Below are positions 23,901 to 36,539 of a DNA stretch of 64,000 nucleotides, piece after piece. The stretch covers positions 14,074,001 through 14,138,000 of the forward strand of contig JBHGNT010000016.1 in NCBI GenBank assembly GCA_043228905.1, written 5' to 3'. The notes under the pieces are model-generated. The model was given only the letters and a program-made list of their open reading frames with translations, was not told the origin of the DNA and did not search any database. The position numbers were made by a program, and so were the translations under genes. The stretch comes from Azolla caroliniana (Eukaryota > Plantae > Polypodiophyta). The first letter of the stretch is position 1, and each line of letters opens with the position of its first letter.

Positions 23901-26900
23901 AAGTTCGGAGGATGACCAGTGCCAGGAGTCACGCATGGACCAACCGCAAACACCCTGGAATTCCAGGAGAATGCAACAAGACCAGGAGGAGCAAGCGACA
24001 CTTGGGGATAGGAATACACCGCCAGTTGCAGAGAAAGGAGAGTCTAGTGTACATTGTTTTGTCTGCTAGTAGCCTGGACATTACGCAACTCAATGTCCAC
24101 TGCATAAGGGCAAAGGACCAGCCGTAAATACGATTATGACAGAAGTTCAGCAGGTCACGACACCACAACAAACAAAAAATGCAGACTGGGCTACACAAGA
24201 TGAGGTACGCAAAGAGGCCCAAGCATGGGTAGAAAAAGCAAATGCGACCAATACGACGTGTATGCGGCAAGATTCCACAAACAATGTTGGGCCGATAGAA
24301 GAAAACATAATATCCCTGGACCCCATATGGCAAGCACTGGCAAGCTGCGAAATAACCATGACCATGGAAAAACTCCTTCAACTAGTTCCATGATTTCGGT
24401 AGGCCATAGAAGATCGCATAACGGTCAGGCCTAGTATAAACTTCTAAACAAATTTTGTCGAAACGAGCGTCGGACCAATAGTGGTGGATCACCACAATTC
24501 AGCCATTAAGCTAGTACTACACGGGTAGGAAATAACAGGCTGTATAATCGATGGGGGGTCTAGCGTTAATGTGATTAGTGCAAAGAAGTGTGAACAGTTA
24601 GGAATTTCAGAATGGGAAGTTTGCCCCTTTTGGCTTCGCATGGCGGATACCCGATCTGTCAGGCCCTTAGGTTTAATCTGAAAACTAGGCATCATCATTG
24701 GCGGTCACCGCTTTGACATTTCGGCGGTAGTACTCGCACTCGACGCTCTGGGAGTGTACCCAATACTATTTGGCAGGCCTTGGCTTCATTCGGCTAACAT
24801 CAAACAGAGATGGCAACATAATTGTATCAGTTTTTGACGAGGCTGCAACAACGTACACTATCGGAAATTGAACACCATAACCATCACAGATGCGTTCCCT
24901 TTACCTTTCACCGATAGCGTATTGGACGCAGTTGCACGGCATGACATGTACAGTTTTCTAGATAGCTTTACTGGATACAATCAAGTACGCATGCATCTTG
25001 AAGACCAAGAGAAGATGGTGTTTGTCACTGACTGGGGAGTTTTTGTCGCGGTAGTCATGATGTTCGAGTTAAAAATGATGCCTGCTACATTCCAACGGAC
25101 AATTACGGAAATTTTTGGGGAATATATACCTGCCTTCATGTAAGTTTTTCTGGACGATTTCGCAATGTATGGGACAACATCCGACCATCTTAGTCATTTA
25201 CGACTGTGTCTGGAGCGTTGTCGGGCTTCACGCCTAAGCCTGAATCCAGCCAAATGCGCATTCATCGTTACAAGCGGAGCCTTCCTTGGCCACATCGTTA
25301 GCAAGGAGGGGATAGTGGTGGATCCTAATAAAATTTCCGCGATCATTAAAGCAGACACGCTGACAACTACCAAAGCACTCAGCCGTTTCTTGTGACAAAT
25401 ACGCTAGCATAGTCGTATGTTAGGATATTTGGTGGATTTTGCCACGCCTTTACACGCTGCCATCCACCGTACATCTTTCAAATGAACGACAACTAAAGAA
25501 AATGCGTACAACGTGCTTAAAATAATGTTGACTCAAGCACCAATCGTACAACCACCAAATTGGGGGAAACCATTTCACGTTTTTGTGGACGCCTCAGATA
25601 TAGCAATAGGTAGTGCGTTGATGTAGCTCACAGAGCCAAATTGGTACAGACCAATGTACTACGGCAGTAGGAAGCGATCAAAGGCTGAGCGTAATTACTC
25701 CACAACGAAACGAGAAGCGTTGGGTATGATATACATCATCAATAAATTCCGCCATTATCTGCTGGGGCGGAAATTTACGTTTCACGTGGACCATAAGGCA
25801 TTGCTATACTTGGTGGGGAAGCAGGTATTGACAGGAAAATTGGCTAGATGGATGTTGTTGCTCTAGGAGTTCGACTTTGTTATACAACATCAACCTTGTA
25901 TGCAACACACTATAGCGGATTTCTTAAGCAGGATAGATAATGGAGAAATGGTGCGAAAGGATGACGACGACTTTCTTGATGCAGACATCCTACGGATTGC
26001 AACTATAGCGACACACCTGGAAAAAACTTTTCCAGATCATTGGTTGATGGAGATGTCATACTTTCTCACCACAGGATTACCACCACCGCAATTAAGGACG
26101 GACGAGAAGAAACGATTGACCATCCGAAGTCGTAATTTCTGTTTGGTCAAAGGGATCCTATATCACAAAGGTAGTGACGGAATCTAGCGATGCACACCAG
26201 GATGAGAAGGAAGCAGTTTTACGCGAAGCTCACTATCGTACGGCAGGAGGACACTACGTGGGCGATGTTACGGCTCGTAAAGTCTGGCAAGTAGGCCTAT
26301 GGTGGCCGACTACGCAAAACGATGCGTATGCATATTGCAAACAATGCGATCTGTGTCAACGGATGGGCTAGCCCACGGTGGTCGCAAGGATGCCACATCA
26401 ACTAGTGTTGTCGTTGGATCCAGTCCAGAAATGGGGACTCGATTTCATGGGGCCATTTACACCGGTGGCAGCGCGGACTAGCAATAAATATATACTGGTG
26501 CCTACTGATTATTGCACCAAGTGGGTGGAAGCAAAAGCACTACAAGAAAATACTACAGCAGTGACGGCGAAATTTCTTTACGAAAACATCTGGTGTCGTT
26601 TTGGTTGCCCTATCGAGCTCATCAGCGACCAAGGAAGCCACTTTCTGAATTCGGTCATCCGGGAACTGAGACAACACTATGTCGTTGTCCACAACAAGAG
26701 CATGCCGCATTATCCACAGGCGAATGTTTTAGCGGAATCCACGAACAAAACGTTACAAACCATACTAAAAAAGATCGTCAATGAGAACAAAACAGACTGG
26801 GATACCAAATTACACAGTGCGTTATGGGCGTACCGCACCAGCTATAAGACTAGCATACAATCCACGCCTTTCCGGCTAGCATTTGGGCTGGAGGCCATAA

Positions 26901-29900
26901 TGCCAGTCGAATTTCAGGTACCTAGTCTGCGGATTCAGGTACGACACCAGCTATTAAAAGACAAGTCCGAACAAATACTGCTACAACAATTACTCGAACT
27001 AGGCGAGACACGGTTATGCAGCATGGCCATACTAGAACAAGAGCAGTGTTGGCGTAAAGCATTCGTGGATCGACATTGAAATGCACGTGAAAAAGATTTT
27101 GTAGTCAGCAAAGCGGTCCTTGTCTTTCAAACACGGATGGGGCAAATGCCAAGTAAATTAAGATTCCGCTAGACAAGGCCGTAGTTGATAGTTGGCGTGG
27201 AAAACGACACGTTTCAATTAGGCACTCTGGCTGGAGAACTGTTACGACAAAAGGTGAATAGGCTTTGATTGAAACCCTACTTAGGACCTGTGCCACCAAA
27301 CCCGTTCCCCGCCATAAAAGACACGGCCGAAGAATCCGCGGATTAATTAAAGGGACCCACCTGTATTATAATGTAACAATAGTATTGTATTAACCGTTAC
27401 AAGGGAGAAAAAAAAAAGGGAAGATAGTGAAGCTATTAAAAGGACTTGATGTATGCACAAACTTCTAGAGCAAGAACACGCGGCACCACGATGGCACACA
27501 AGCCAATGAACCCTAGACCACAAAAAGAAGAAAATAGAAGGTTTTCTGCACATTACTGAAAACAATCTTCAGCCCTTAACCCTCCTCGCTTTCATCACTC
27601 TCCTCACTCACCTTACTCCCCATCATACCACAGATCTCATGCCCGCCATAGCCAGCAAACATCACCCACTACCCACAAGTTTCATCCACCTACGATGCCG
27701 ATCACTATTTCCGCCACCTTGCACAGATGACTCCTCAAAAAGAGACTGGATGGATACATCAAAGTCGTCGAGGCACCTGCTCAACCTGAAGCTCTGGAAA
27801 TTGCCAAGAAACTCAACATAGACATGGTCACCAATGCTACCATCCGGAAGAAGCGGGACTTATCATCGCTTGGGGAGAAACATTTCAACATCCCCTTTGC
27901 GGAAACCTTGCAGAAATATTTCGGGGCATATTCGGTGTCCACCAAAGCATACAAGACGAAGGAAATCCCCGACTCCTTCTTTCGAGAAATAGTCAAGTTC
28001 TTGCTGGAGGTAGGATGTGTGCACATAAATGCCTATGGGATGCCAAAGCAGAAGGCAGGCATCATCATTGATACCTTCGAAGGGCGCGGGGTCAATTGGG
28101 GGGTAATTACGGAACCAGCTTTACCGGAAGTCCTGCACGTATATCAGGGCAGCAAAAAGCTAAGGCCAGTCATACAACAGTATCTGACGATACTATTTCC
28201 ATCCCGACATCTGCCCGCACCACAGCCTAGTAAACCCAGGCCGCCGCCACGTTCTGCGAAACAGTGGTTAGTAGAGTTGGCTACCACGGAATGGGACAAT
28301 GAACCACCGTCTTCCCAGCCTAGCACGCGGACAACACAGGAAGAACGACCGGCAAGCAGGGAGGAAGCTCCGCATGAGCAAGAAGCCGAGCAACGCCAGG
28401 AAAGCCCGATGTCGAAACAACGTAGGCTGGACAGGAAAGATGGACGCGGACTGGTCAAAGACACAACCATAAACACAGACACGACCGTCTTGGTCGACAA
28501 TTCCGCAGCTACGAAGCCCAACACCACTTTAGAAATAATCCAGGAACCACGACCGATAATTATGGCCCAGTTGCAACGTGTGAAAGGCGTACTCACGGTA
28601 GAAAGCGAAGTCCTAAAATACCCAGACATCCCGGATACATCCCATGAGTTCGGAGCGCTACTACAATTTGGAACAACTTACGAACTCATGGAATTTTTGG
28701 CAACGCGACAAATTAAGGTATCGCAGAGAATGGCGGAGGAGCACGCAGAACAACAAATGATTGAGCGTGTGCTCACACAAACAACAAAAAATGTCGATGA
28801 AGGGCCTCTAGCCAAAGTAGGCAGACAACGGAATGTGGGGATTCGGCGTATGGGCATTGAATGCGGCCCTGGTCAAGGTACATTGGGAATTGGCTAGAGT
28901 TAGTGTGGGGGCCAAGGATATGGCTAGCAAGAATAAAAATGTGTGGATAACAGTCAAGTTGACTCGAGCCCAACTATAGAAGGCCCAAGAGCGCATTATG
29001 GAGCTCGAACATAGCGTCACTAGGGCACCGCAAAACCCCGAAACAATAGCAGGTGAAGACCCATCAATAACCCTACAAGAGAAGATTGCAGCACAATAGG
29101 CCATTGCTGCTTAAGCGAAAAGGGCTACGCAGCTTGTAGAGTCCAAGATTGACTGCCTCCGCTCCGAACTCGGCCAATCCTCTAACAGAGAAAAGGACAT
29201 CCGGGCCAAAGGTCGAAGGACAGTAAAGGCACTCGAAGAGAAACTCAAAGCGGAGGCACCAATGCACACCCGCACGAAAGAAGAAAACACCAAGCTATGG
29301 GAGGAAGCCCAAAAGTCGGAAGCGGCGATCTCAGGACTCCGGGCATTGTTGGGAAAGAAGAAAGCGTGGTACGACGAGCAACTCATACGAGAACAGGAAG
29401 TGAAGCATCAAGTCGAAGTCCGCCTGAACAATGAAATGGGCCGGCTGGAGGAATTACACTTGAAAGAATCTCAGATATGGGCAGAGACGAAGAAACATTA
29501 TGAGGAAGCGGTTGTGGTTACTAAGCAAGAAATCGAAAATCTCAAAAAAACCCTAGAAGAATTTCAAAACCACTGCCAAGTGATAACCGATAACGTACGC
29601 ACACTTCTTCAAACAAATCGGGAGAGGTTTACGGCGCAATTAAAAACAACGCTACACAAAGGCTGGATAGCATGGGCAACACAAGCGGCGGAGTCGCATA
29701 CCTACCGGGCGGTCTGGGAGAACTGTAGGAAAGAAGGTCGCAGTTTCTACAAACTCAATGAGGAAGGCATTGCGGCAGTATGCGAGGACCTAGCAGAGGA
29801 TTATCGCACGCTAGCAAACCATCACTATGAGGAACTCGCACAGCTACTGGATGATTTTGGCAAAAGTTAGGAGGATATGTTTCACCGAATCATTGAGGCA

Positions 29901-32900
29901 AGCAACACGCGGCAAAGAACGGAGCCCATCACGATGCCAGATAGCAATACGGCCGAATAGGAGGAACCTCAGCCCAATTCACCGGAGAGGACAACTATGG
30001 CCGGCAACACTGAGGACGATATGGACAAGACAGAGCCTTAGCCTACTGAGAGCTCGTAGACGGAAGAGCCAGCCACAGTAGAACGGAATGAGCCAGCAGA
30101 GCTGGGTCCGACCACGTAGGGAGAAGTTGACGCCATGGAAACCTCCACGATGATCGAGCAAGTACAAGACGTGCAACCGAGCAACGGCGCGCCTACGGGC
30201 ACTACGCCATCACCGGACCAGTACGTAGGAACGGAACCAAACATCCAGGGTATTTGGGAGGAAGAATAGAGGGATGAGTCTGACGTGCCATGACACTGTT
30301 CCACAGGCGTACCAGGTGTTGTCCTTGGAATCGTAACCGACGGACAGATGCGCAGAAATATTATAATATAGTAAAGCGTTAAGAAGCGAATGTAACGGTT
30401 CACGCGGGAAGCGTGAACGGCTAAACACCATGTGTATATAAAGGGAAGAAATCCTCTGTAAGAGGTAGCGTGTAATTTAGAGTGTTGCTGCATTTTTCTA
30501 ATAGAATGCTATCTTCTCTGATCTATGTGCATATCTATGGCTATCTAGGTGGTCGTCCATTGTTTCTCTGTTGCGTACCTTGTTTCTCTGTGCATGTTTA
30601 ATCGTAAGTGTGTGTAAGCGTAAATGCGGATACTAGTACACTTCCTAAGGAGTTCGGTTGTAGCCGTCTCCCTTATACGCTGCCAGGATACGGGGTGGTA
30701 TCCCATTATGATTTACGACAGGATTGTTTCATTCCTTGTAACACGGTCACCTTGAGGTCTACCTCGAAGGATTGAGCGTAGACAGTGTTCCTAATCGGTA
30801 ACATTTATTCTGTGGCCTTGGATTCAACCTTGAGTCTATGGATGCTATCACATATAATTTGTTATGTGCTAAGTACCATGCTTGCACACATATAATTTGT
30901 TATGTGCTAAGTACCATTTCGAGAAAGAAAATATATGTTTGGACTGTAAAAGTACAGTTGGAGTCAAATAGTACCTAGCTTGGGATTTGAAAGTACACTC
31001 CTATGGTATGTGATTAAGCATTATGCAATTTTAATACTATGATTTTATAATTTTACTTTTGGTTCTGTTCTTATAGTTGGATCTAGGATGATCAGTCGAT
31101 TTAGTGCAGATTATTTAGTACTAAAGGTCTTAAATGTTTAGTTGTATAACTTGTATTAGTACTAACATTTTTTATTGCATTGTATTTTTTTTGTCCACTT
31201 GACGTAGGCTTTGCATGATCGAACAAATAGGCATGTCGGTCTTTGTTGTTTAATACTAACATTGTTCATTACCATCAGAAATATGCATGTCCAGGTGGTT
31301 CAATACTATTCCTTTAAGATCCTAAGATGTTGATTAAGTACTAACAATACTTATTCCATTGTATTCCTTCGTGATCAATTGATTCAGTATTGATTATTTG
31401 GTACGGAGGGTCTTAAATTTTTAGTTGTATAAATCGTATTAGTACTAACATTGGTTAATTGCATTGTACTTTTTGAGTCCACTTGACTTAGGCTTTCCAT
31501 AACCGAACAAATAGGCATGTCGGTCTTTGCTTTTTAGTACTAACATTGTTCATTACCATGAGAAATATGCATGTCCAGGTGGTTCAATACTATTCCTTTA
31601 AGATCCTAAGATGTTGATTAAGTACTTCCAATACTTATTCCATTGTATTCCTTCGTGATCAATTGATTCAGTATTGATTGTTTAGTACGGAGGGTCTTAA
31701 TTGTTTAGTTGTATAACTCGTATTAGTACTAACATTGGTTAATTGCATTGTACTTTTTGAGTCCACTTGACTTAGGCTTTGCATAACCGAACAAATAGGC
31801 ATGAAGGTCTTGGCTTTTTAGTACTAGCATTGTTCATTACCAGATGAAATATGCATGTCCAGGTGGCTTAGTACTAATCCTTTAAGCTCCCAAGATGTTG
31901 ATTAAGTACTAACATTACTTAATACATTGTATTCCTTCATGATCAATTGATTCAATATTGATTATTTGGTACAGAGGGTCCTAAATGTTTGGTTGTATAA
32001 CTTGTATTAGTACTAACATTGCTTATTGCATTATACTTTTTGTGTCCCCTTGAATTAGGCTTTGCATGACTGAACAAATAGACATGAATGTGTTGGCTTT
32101 TTAGTACTAGCATTGTTCGTTACCAAATGAAATATGCATGTCTAGGTGGATCAGTACTATATTTGTAATTTTGGACTCATGTTATAATATGTACTCTTAT
32201 AATATGTATGCGTATAATATGAATGTTGTAGTTTCTAGCAACACCACACCAGGGAAGATAATTGACAAACAAGGCCCCGCGATACTACGTACAGAGTCTA
32301 TTGCAAATTCCAAAGTGCATGGTCGTTCCTTAGTGGTACCTGATGAAGTTTATGATGAAGATGAATGTATGAGAAAGGCCATTGGAACAGTTGAAGATGT
32401 GATGCTTGAAACAAAATCTCCTAGCTTGGCATGGCCTAACTGTGTCAATGGTAATGCTAATCGTGTTTGCCTTTCTAATTCCTAAAATGTTGGTATACTA
32501 CTAATTTATTATGTTTCTATCAAAGAGCCTACGAAGAAGCGTAATGTTACAAGGAAATTGTACGGAAAGGGGAAGAAATGCAAAGTTGATTGTTGTGGTG
32601 GGTAATACAAATTCTCACAAACTTGTGGTTGTTGTCATCTTGATGAGTTAGACTAATACTACGTACTTTTGTTTTTAGACAAGGAAGAAAAGAGTAATGG
32701 AAATGGAGATATAGATTTAGAGCCACAATATGAAGAAGAATTTATCTCACTTCCAGGTACATGTTGGGAGCCCTCTCATATAATTGTTATTTTGACCATA
32801 TTACTTCACGTGACAATAATGTACAAGTGTGTTAATTAATACATAGAGAGTGTTGTGAAATATTGGCATGATGAAGAGCCCCAACTTGAAACTAGGACCA

Positions 32901-33999
32901 TCCGAAGCAACAATGACAATGTAACAGTACGTAAACATTTGTCCCTTAACCTTAAACATTTGGCTAGGTGCCTTCACTTTTTCAGAATGTGAATTGATAT
33001 TGTTCTTGCATCACTTTACTGTTATTTAGGAGTAAAAGAGCATGTAGATTCACAAATTCCATCAAATGATTCAAGCAGTTTATGGAGCAATCTTGATTAT
33101 TCCGGCTCAGATGCTACCACACATGAGGAATGCGAGATCACCCAAAAAGAGGAGTTGGAGTGGACAAAGCATGAGGTGACAAGCAACTTTGCAATGGAGT
33201 CCGCAGAGAATGTGAAATTGACCCAAGGAGAGGATCATGGTTGTACAAAGAATGAGGTGTGTGTCCAAAACACCACAAGCAGCCTTAACCTAGGGCAATG
33301 TTGTATCATTAAGGAGACCCTTGCAACTACCCAAAAAGAAGGAGAGTGTGGTACTATGAATGAGGTGTTTGTCCAAAATACTGTAAGTAGCTTGCACTTG
33401 GAGCAAGTGTCTACCTTGATCAACAACGAGTTTGCAATGAAGACAACACCCAAGATGAGGAACATGTTTGTACTCCTAATAAGGTGGTAGTGGTGTCTAC
33501 CCAAGATGAGGAACATGTTTGTACTCCTAATAAGGTGGTAGTGGTGTCTACCCAAGATGAGGAACATGTTTGTACTCCTAATAAGGTGGTAGTGGTGTCT
33601 ACCCAAGATGAGGAACATGTTTGTACTCCTAATAAGGTGGTAGTGGTGTCTACCCAAGATGAGGAACATGTTTGTACTCCTAATAAGGTGGTAGTGGTGT
33701 CTACCCAAGATGAGGAACATGTTTGTACTCCTAATAATGTGGTAGTGGAGCCGAGAAAATTGAAGAATGACACGTCCAATGACCTCCATGAGATTTCTGG
33801 TAAGACTATCGACCGCATCTTCTTAGAATTGTGTGCATCTCAAGCAATTGCAACAGAGCACACTATTTCCTCAAGCTTGGGTTCACCCTCCTCCTTCGAT
33901 GAATTTCCACTAAGTAGTTTACTACCTCGTGGTTTTAAGATGACGAAGGGTGTGAAATCTGAGAAGAATGAAACCAAAAATAGGCACATTACAAGATAA
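8970..33999 (+). CDS. Predicted 6-exon gene of unknown function (coiled-coil N-half, repeat-rich C-terminus), probably disabled; exons ~8950-9986, 32239-32450, 32526-32597, 32679-32756, 32847-32931, 33030-33999
   Basis: GT-AG sites with matching phases can be chosen at every junction, e.g. ...ATA TCA CG|C AAC ACC across the 22-kb intron; lesions near 9180 and 33448. Confidence 0.55.
12393..15965 (-). CDS. pol: Chromovirus pol (PR-RT-RH-INT-chromodomain) with one premature TGA at 14985-14987
   Basis: LLDSGA, IYLDDLL, EADASD, HHCC and DDE integrase, chromodomain [11 protein letters not shown]...YLVDWLGY...TWEP; ORFs 14985..15965 and 12393..14969 are in one frame. Confidence 0.95.
15962..17119 (-). 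CDS. gag: Chromovirus gag (coiled coil, capsid, CCHC knuckle)
   Basis: [53 protein letters not shown]. Confidence 0.95.
   Translation of the reverse strand: MATVSAQEYQSVFSELQCLKEKFVALEQENQQLIGDLQQIALEKQQTQQQHGELALRVQQLEAALQQQGSSPQGFHKEPKIGLPVKFDGTRSQFRGFLNQVRLVIQMHPSRYPTDASRVGLIGTLLSGSALAWFAPLLEKQSPLLNNFEDFIGEFKACFGDTDSIRTTINKIRRLRQGDRPASAYAADFRLLASDIPWDDQALMEQFRYGLRNDVKDLLLTFPEEPKSLTEAISRAVRCDNRLFERRSKRQLQIPRSRPEPTYAAVVAKPFARDIPQANTSTPMEIDTMRRRGPLSEEEKQRRRANRLCLYCGGPGHIAINCPHRPRRQVNQIVACTKPESILPFGVSDSINSTNRVSDSIHSTNSPSISNKFEILSQLDEELND
19306..22600 (+). pseudogene. pol: Gypsy B pol (RT-RH-INT), with stops and a frameshift in the integrase
   Basis: [32 protein letters not shown]...CEKC, WMVDIV, YNPEANG. 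Confidence 0.92.
23481..27345 (+). pseudogene. pol: Gypsy A gag C-terminus and PR-RT-RH-INT, decayed, with a deletion near 24850
   Basis: Zinc knuckles, CIIDGGSS protease, [29 protein letters not shown]. Confidence 0.9.
27695..30269 (+). pseudogene. Extra sense ORF downstream of integrase in Gypsy A (about 850 codons, C-terminal coiled coil)
   Basis: ORFs 27824..28897 and 29262..29870; clear homologue in element E at 53075-54158. Confidence 0.75.
31109..32160. repeat. About 3.7 tandem copies of a ~284-bp AGTACT-rich unit (intronic)
   Basis: Units start near 31109, 31393, 31676 and 31960, each with gtattagtactaacatt...aaatatgcatgtcYaggtgg. Confidence 0.9.
33448..33748 (+). repeat. 51-bp perfect tandem repeat, ~5.9 copies, encoding [17 protein letters not shown]
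   Basis: acccaagatgaggaacatgtttgtactcctaataaggtggtagtggtgtct repeated at 33448, 33499, 33550, 33601, 33652, 33703. Confidence 0.97.
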
Positions 34000-34593
34000 T
34001 AATAAAAACTAAAACCAAAGTTTATTGTATTTTGATCGTTGTATGTAATTGATTACCAAATGTAAAGTTATTGATTACCTACTTCTTGACACTAATGGGG
34101 TTTACATATACGGAATGTGAATTGGATGCAAAGTTATTGATAGGAATGCTAAGTCATTGATTACCCTCATCTTGACACAGTTTTAATTTACTTGTTATGC
34201 ACACATGTGATGGTGAGAATGTAAAGTCATGAGTGGAATGAACACTCCTATCTTAGATATGCCTAGGTTAGTAAACACTTAAAACATAATTTAAGTGCTA
34301 ACTTGATATGCATTGTAGCTAATTTACTACTGCCTCGTGCCACTCAATTGTCTACTACCTCCGACGATGAAGTGCCACTCAATACCTAGATAAGTTTATT
34401 GTATCTAGGTGGTTGTTTGTAATTGATAGGAATGTTAAGTTATTGATTACCTTCATCGTGACATTGTTCTGGTTTACTTTTTATGCACACATGTGTCAGT
34501 GAGCAGATGAGTGATGAGTGGAATGAACACTCTTATCTTACATATGTCTACGTTACCAAACTCTTAACACAGATTTAGTACTAACTTGGTATG

Positions 34594-35234
34594 TGTGAAA
34601 GTGATTTTAGAATTCAAGGTATTGGACTCTACAAAAATATAAGGTATGGAGCATTCACATCAGGAGGGCAAGATCACGAACCAAGGTCTCAAGGATAAGT
34701 CAAACTAAAAGCAAGAAAGATGGAGAAAAGTAAAAGAAGAAAAAAGCAAGCCACCAAAACGTAGTCTGCAACGAACGCTCGTAACTCATTCGTTTGGAAG
34801 CTAAATTTAACGTGCAAATATGGGTTAGAAATCTTGTGAAGAGAGCTATCCATAGATGTTTTAATTTCTAAATTTGGAGCTCGGACGAGGGAGATATAAC
34901 GATTTGAAGATTGTTGTGTCATAGATAAGAATAGGACTCGATGAAAATGCTAAAAAAAGCATAAAAAAGAAAGCAAGGGAAGCTTATCTAGGAGAAGAGA
35001 ACTTTATATAAAGGAAGAAGAGTAAGGTGGTAGGAGAGTCTCTTTGTTGTGATGTTTTCTTGCCTATTCACGTAGTGTTGGTTGAGTTGTTATCAATTTA
35101 TCCTTGTAGACTTGGATTTATGTATTTTCTTTCTCTCTTCCTGGTCATCATAATTATTCATTAGCAATAGATCTTTGTGGTTTTGGGTTCGTTTATCTTC
35201 CTTATCTCTCTTTTCTATCATCTCTCTCTCATCA
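34594..35234. mobile_element. Solo LTR (641 bp)
   Basis: TG..CA ends, TSD GTATG/ATATG; the local duplicate near 34300 (aacttgatatgcattg) shows the empty site. Confidence 0.7.
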
Positions 35235-36539
35235 ATATGCATTCTACTAACTTTTATACATATGAACTCCTAAAGAGTTATAGGCACACATATGATACAT
35301 ATGAACTACTAAAGAGTTATAGGCACACATATGAACTCCTAACTTTGATACTGATGTAGGCTCAGATACTGGCCAATGAGATTTTTTACCAAGCACAAGA
35401 CACTTCATGTAAAAGAAACATACATCTCTAAAGCAAAGTGGGATATTGTTAATAAACCCAAGATAAATATGGAAACCCAAGATGATATATTTCCTTTCCC
35501 TTGTAAGTCAGAGTTTGAATACATGCAAAAGTTGCATTAGACGCAACACTTGCCTTTCTAAGCATTCAAGAGGGAGACCTCCCCAAAATGTGTTCGTGTA
35601 CCCCTTTAGGGACTTTGTAGGCAGTGTTGTATCCCTTAACCTTGTGCTTTGCTTGAGTCATTTTGAACTTGATTGCAATAATGGCATCTGCATAGATAAT
35701 TGTGGTGGGTGCTTCTTTTAACAATGCATATGTGTTCTTGCATTGTGGCAACTTTGCATAGTAGTTTCCATACACAACAGACTCACCAACATTGAACATG
35801 TTGCCCCAGCCATCCCTCACGACTTCTTCCAATATTGTATTTCCTTTCTTGCACACCACAATGTAGTAGTCTTCAAAATCTTCATTCTGAGGAGATCTGA
35901 GCACTACAAAATGATCTCCAACTTCCAATAATATTGCCAAGTCCTCACACTGGTTGTAGTATACAATATTATCTGAATGTTCGTTTTATTGGATATTCAC
36001 ACTGTGTTCTATCTCTAGCTTCTGTAGCTTCCATGGCTCCACAATTGATAGATTGGTGCATTCATCCCAAGCTTCATCTAAACACATGAAACAAAAGCAG
36101 GATAAATTGTGGAATAACAATTGTGTTGTGTCCTTGCGACTAAACCCTAAAACACAATGGGTCTTGCACATCCCTTTCATGGTTTTACAACCGTATGATT
36201 TACTCCTATCCACCTCATGAGCACGAACCTCAATAAACAATCTATTCTTACCATCATTTGACATCTTCCATGTGAGCCACTCAACATCATGTGCATTTTG
36301 TAGCTTCGCACCTTTATTATCCAACTGCTCCAATGTAAGAGCACGCTTGATCACAGCCCCCGCGCCATTGTGCACTCCCTTTCCATGTCCAGACCCGAAG
36401 TAGTTCCATTGCATCCTAATGTTTGTCAATGAGGAGTATCTGGGTGTTTTGCATGACAATTAGCCAACAAACATAATTAATTGCATGACTTAAACCATAA
36501 TTATTATTTATGCATGAGTGAACAATACTGATATTTGAA

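Larger units (their letters stand above)
10084..30803 (+). mobile_element. Gypsy A (Athila-like, non-chromovirus) with extra 3' ORF; gag partly deleted
   Basis: LTRs 10084-10573 and 30317-30803 (TGTTG..TAACA), TSD TTTAT at 10079-10083 and 30804-30808, PBS tggcacgcctagtgggac. Confidence 0.93.

Noticed and set aside
33448-33748. CRISPR-like array
   Set aside because: Head-to-tail identical units with no unique spacers and no cas genes; eukaryotic context
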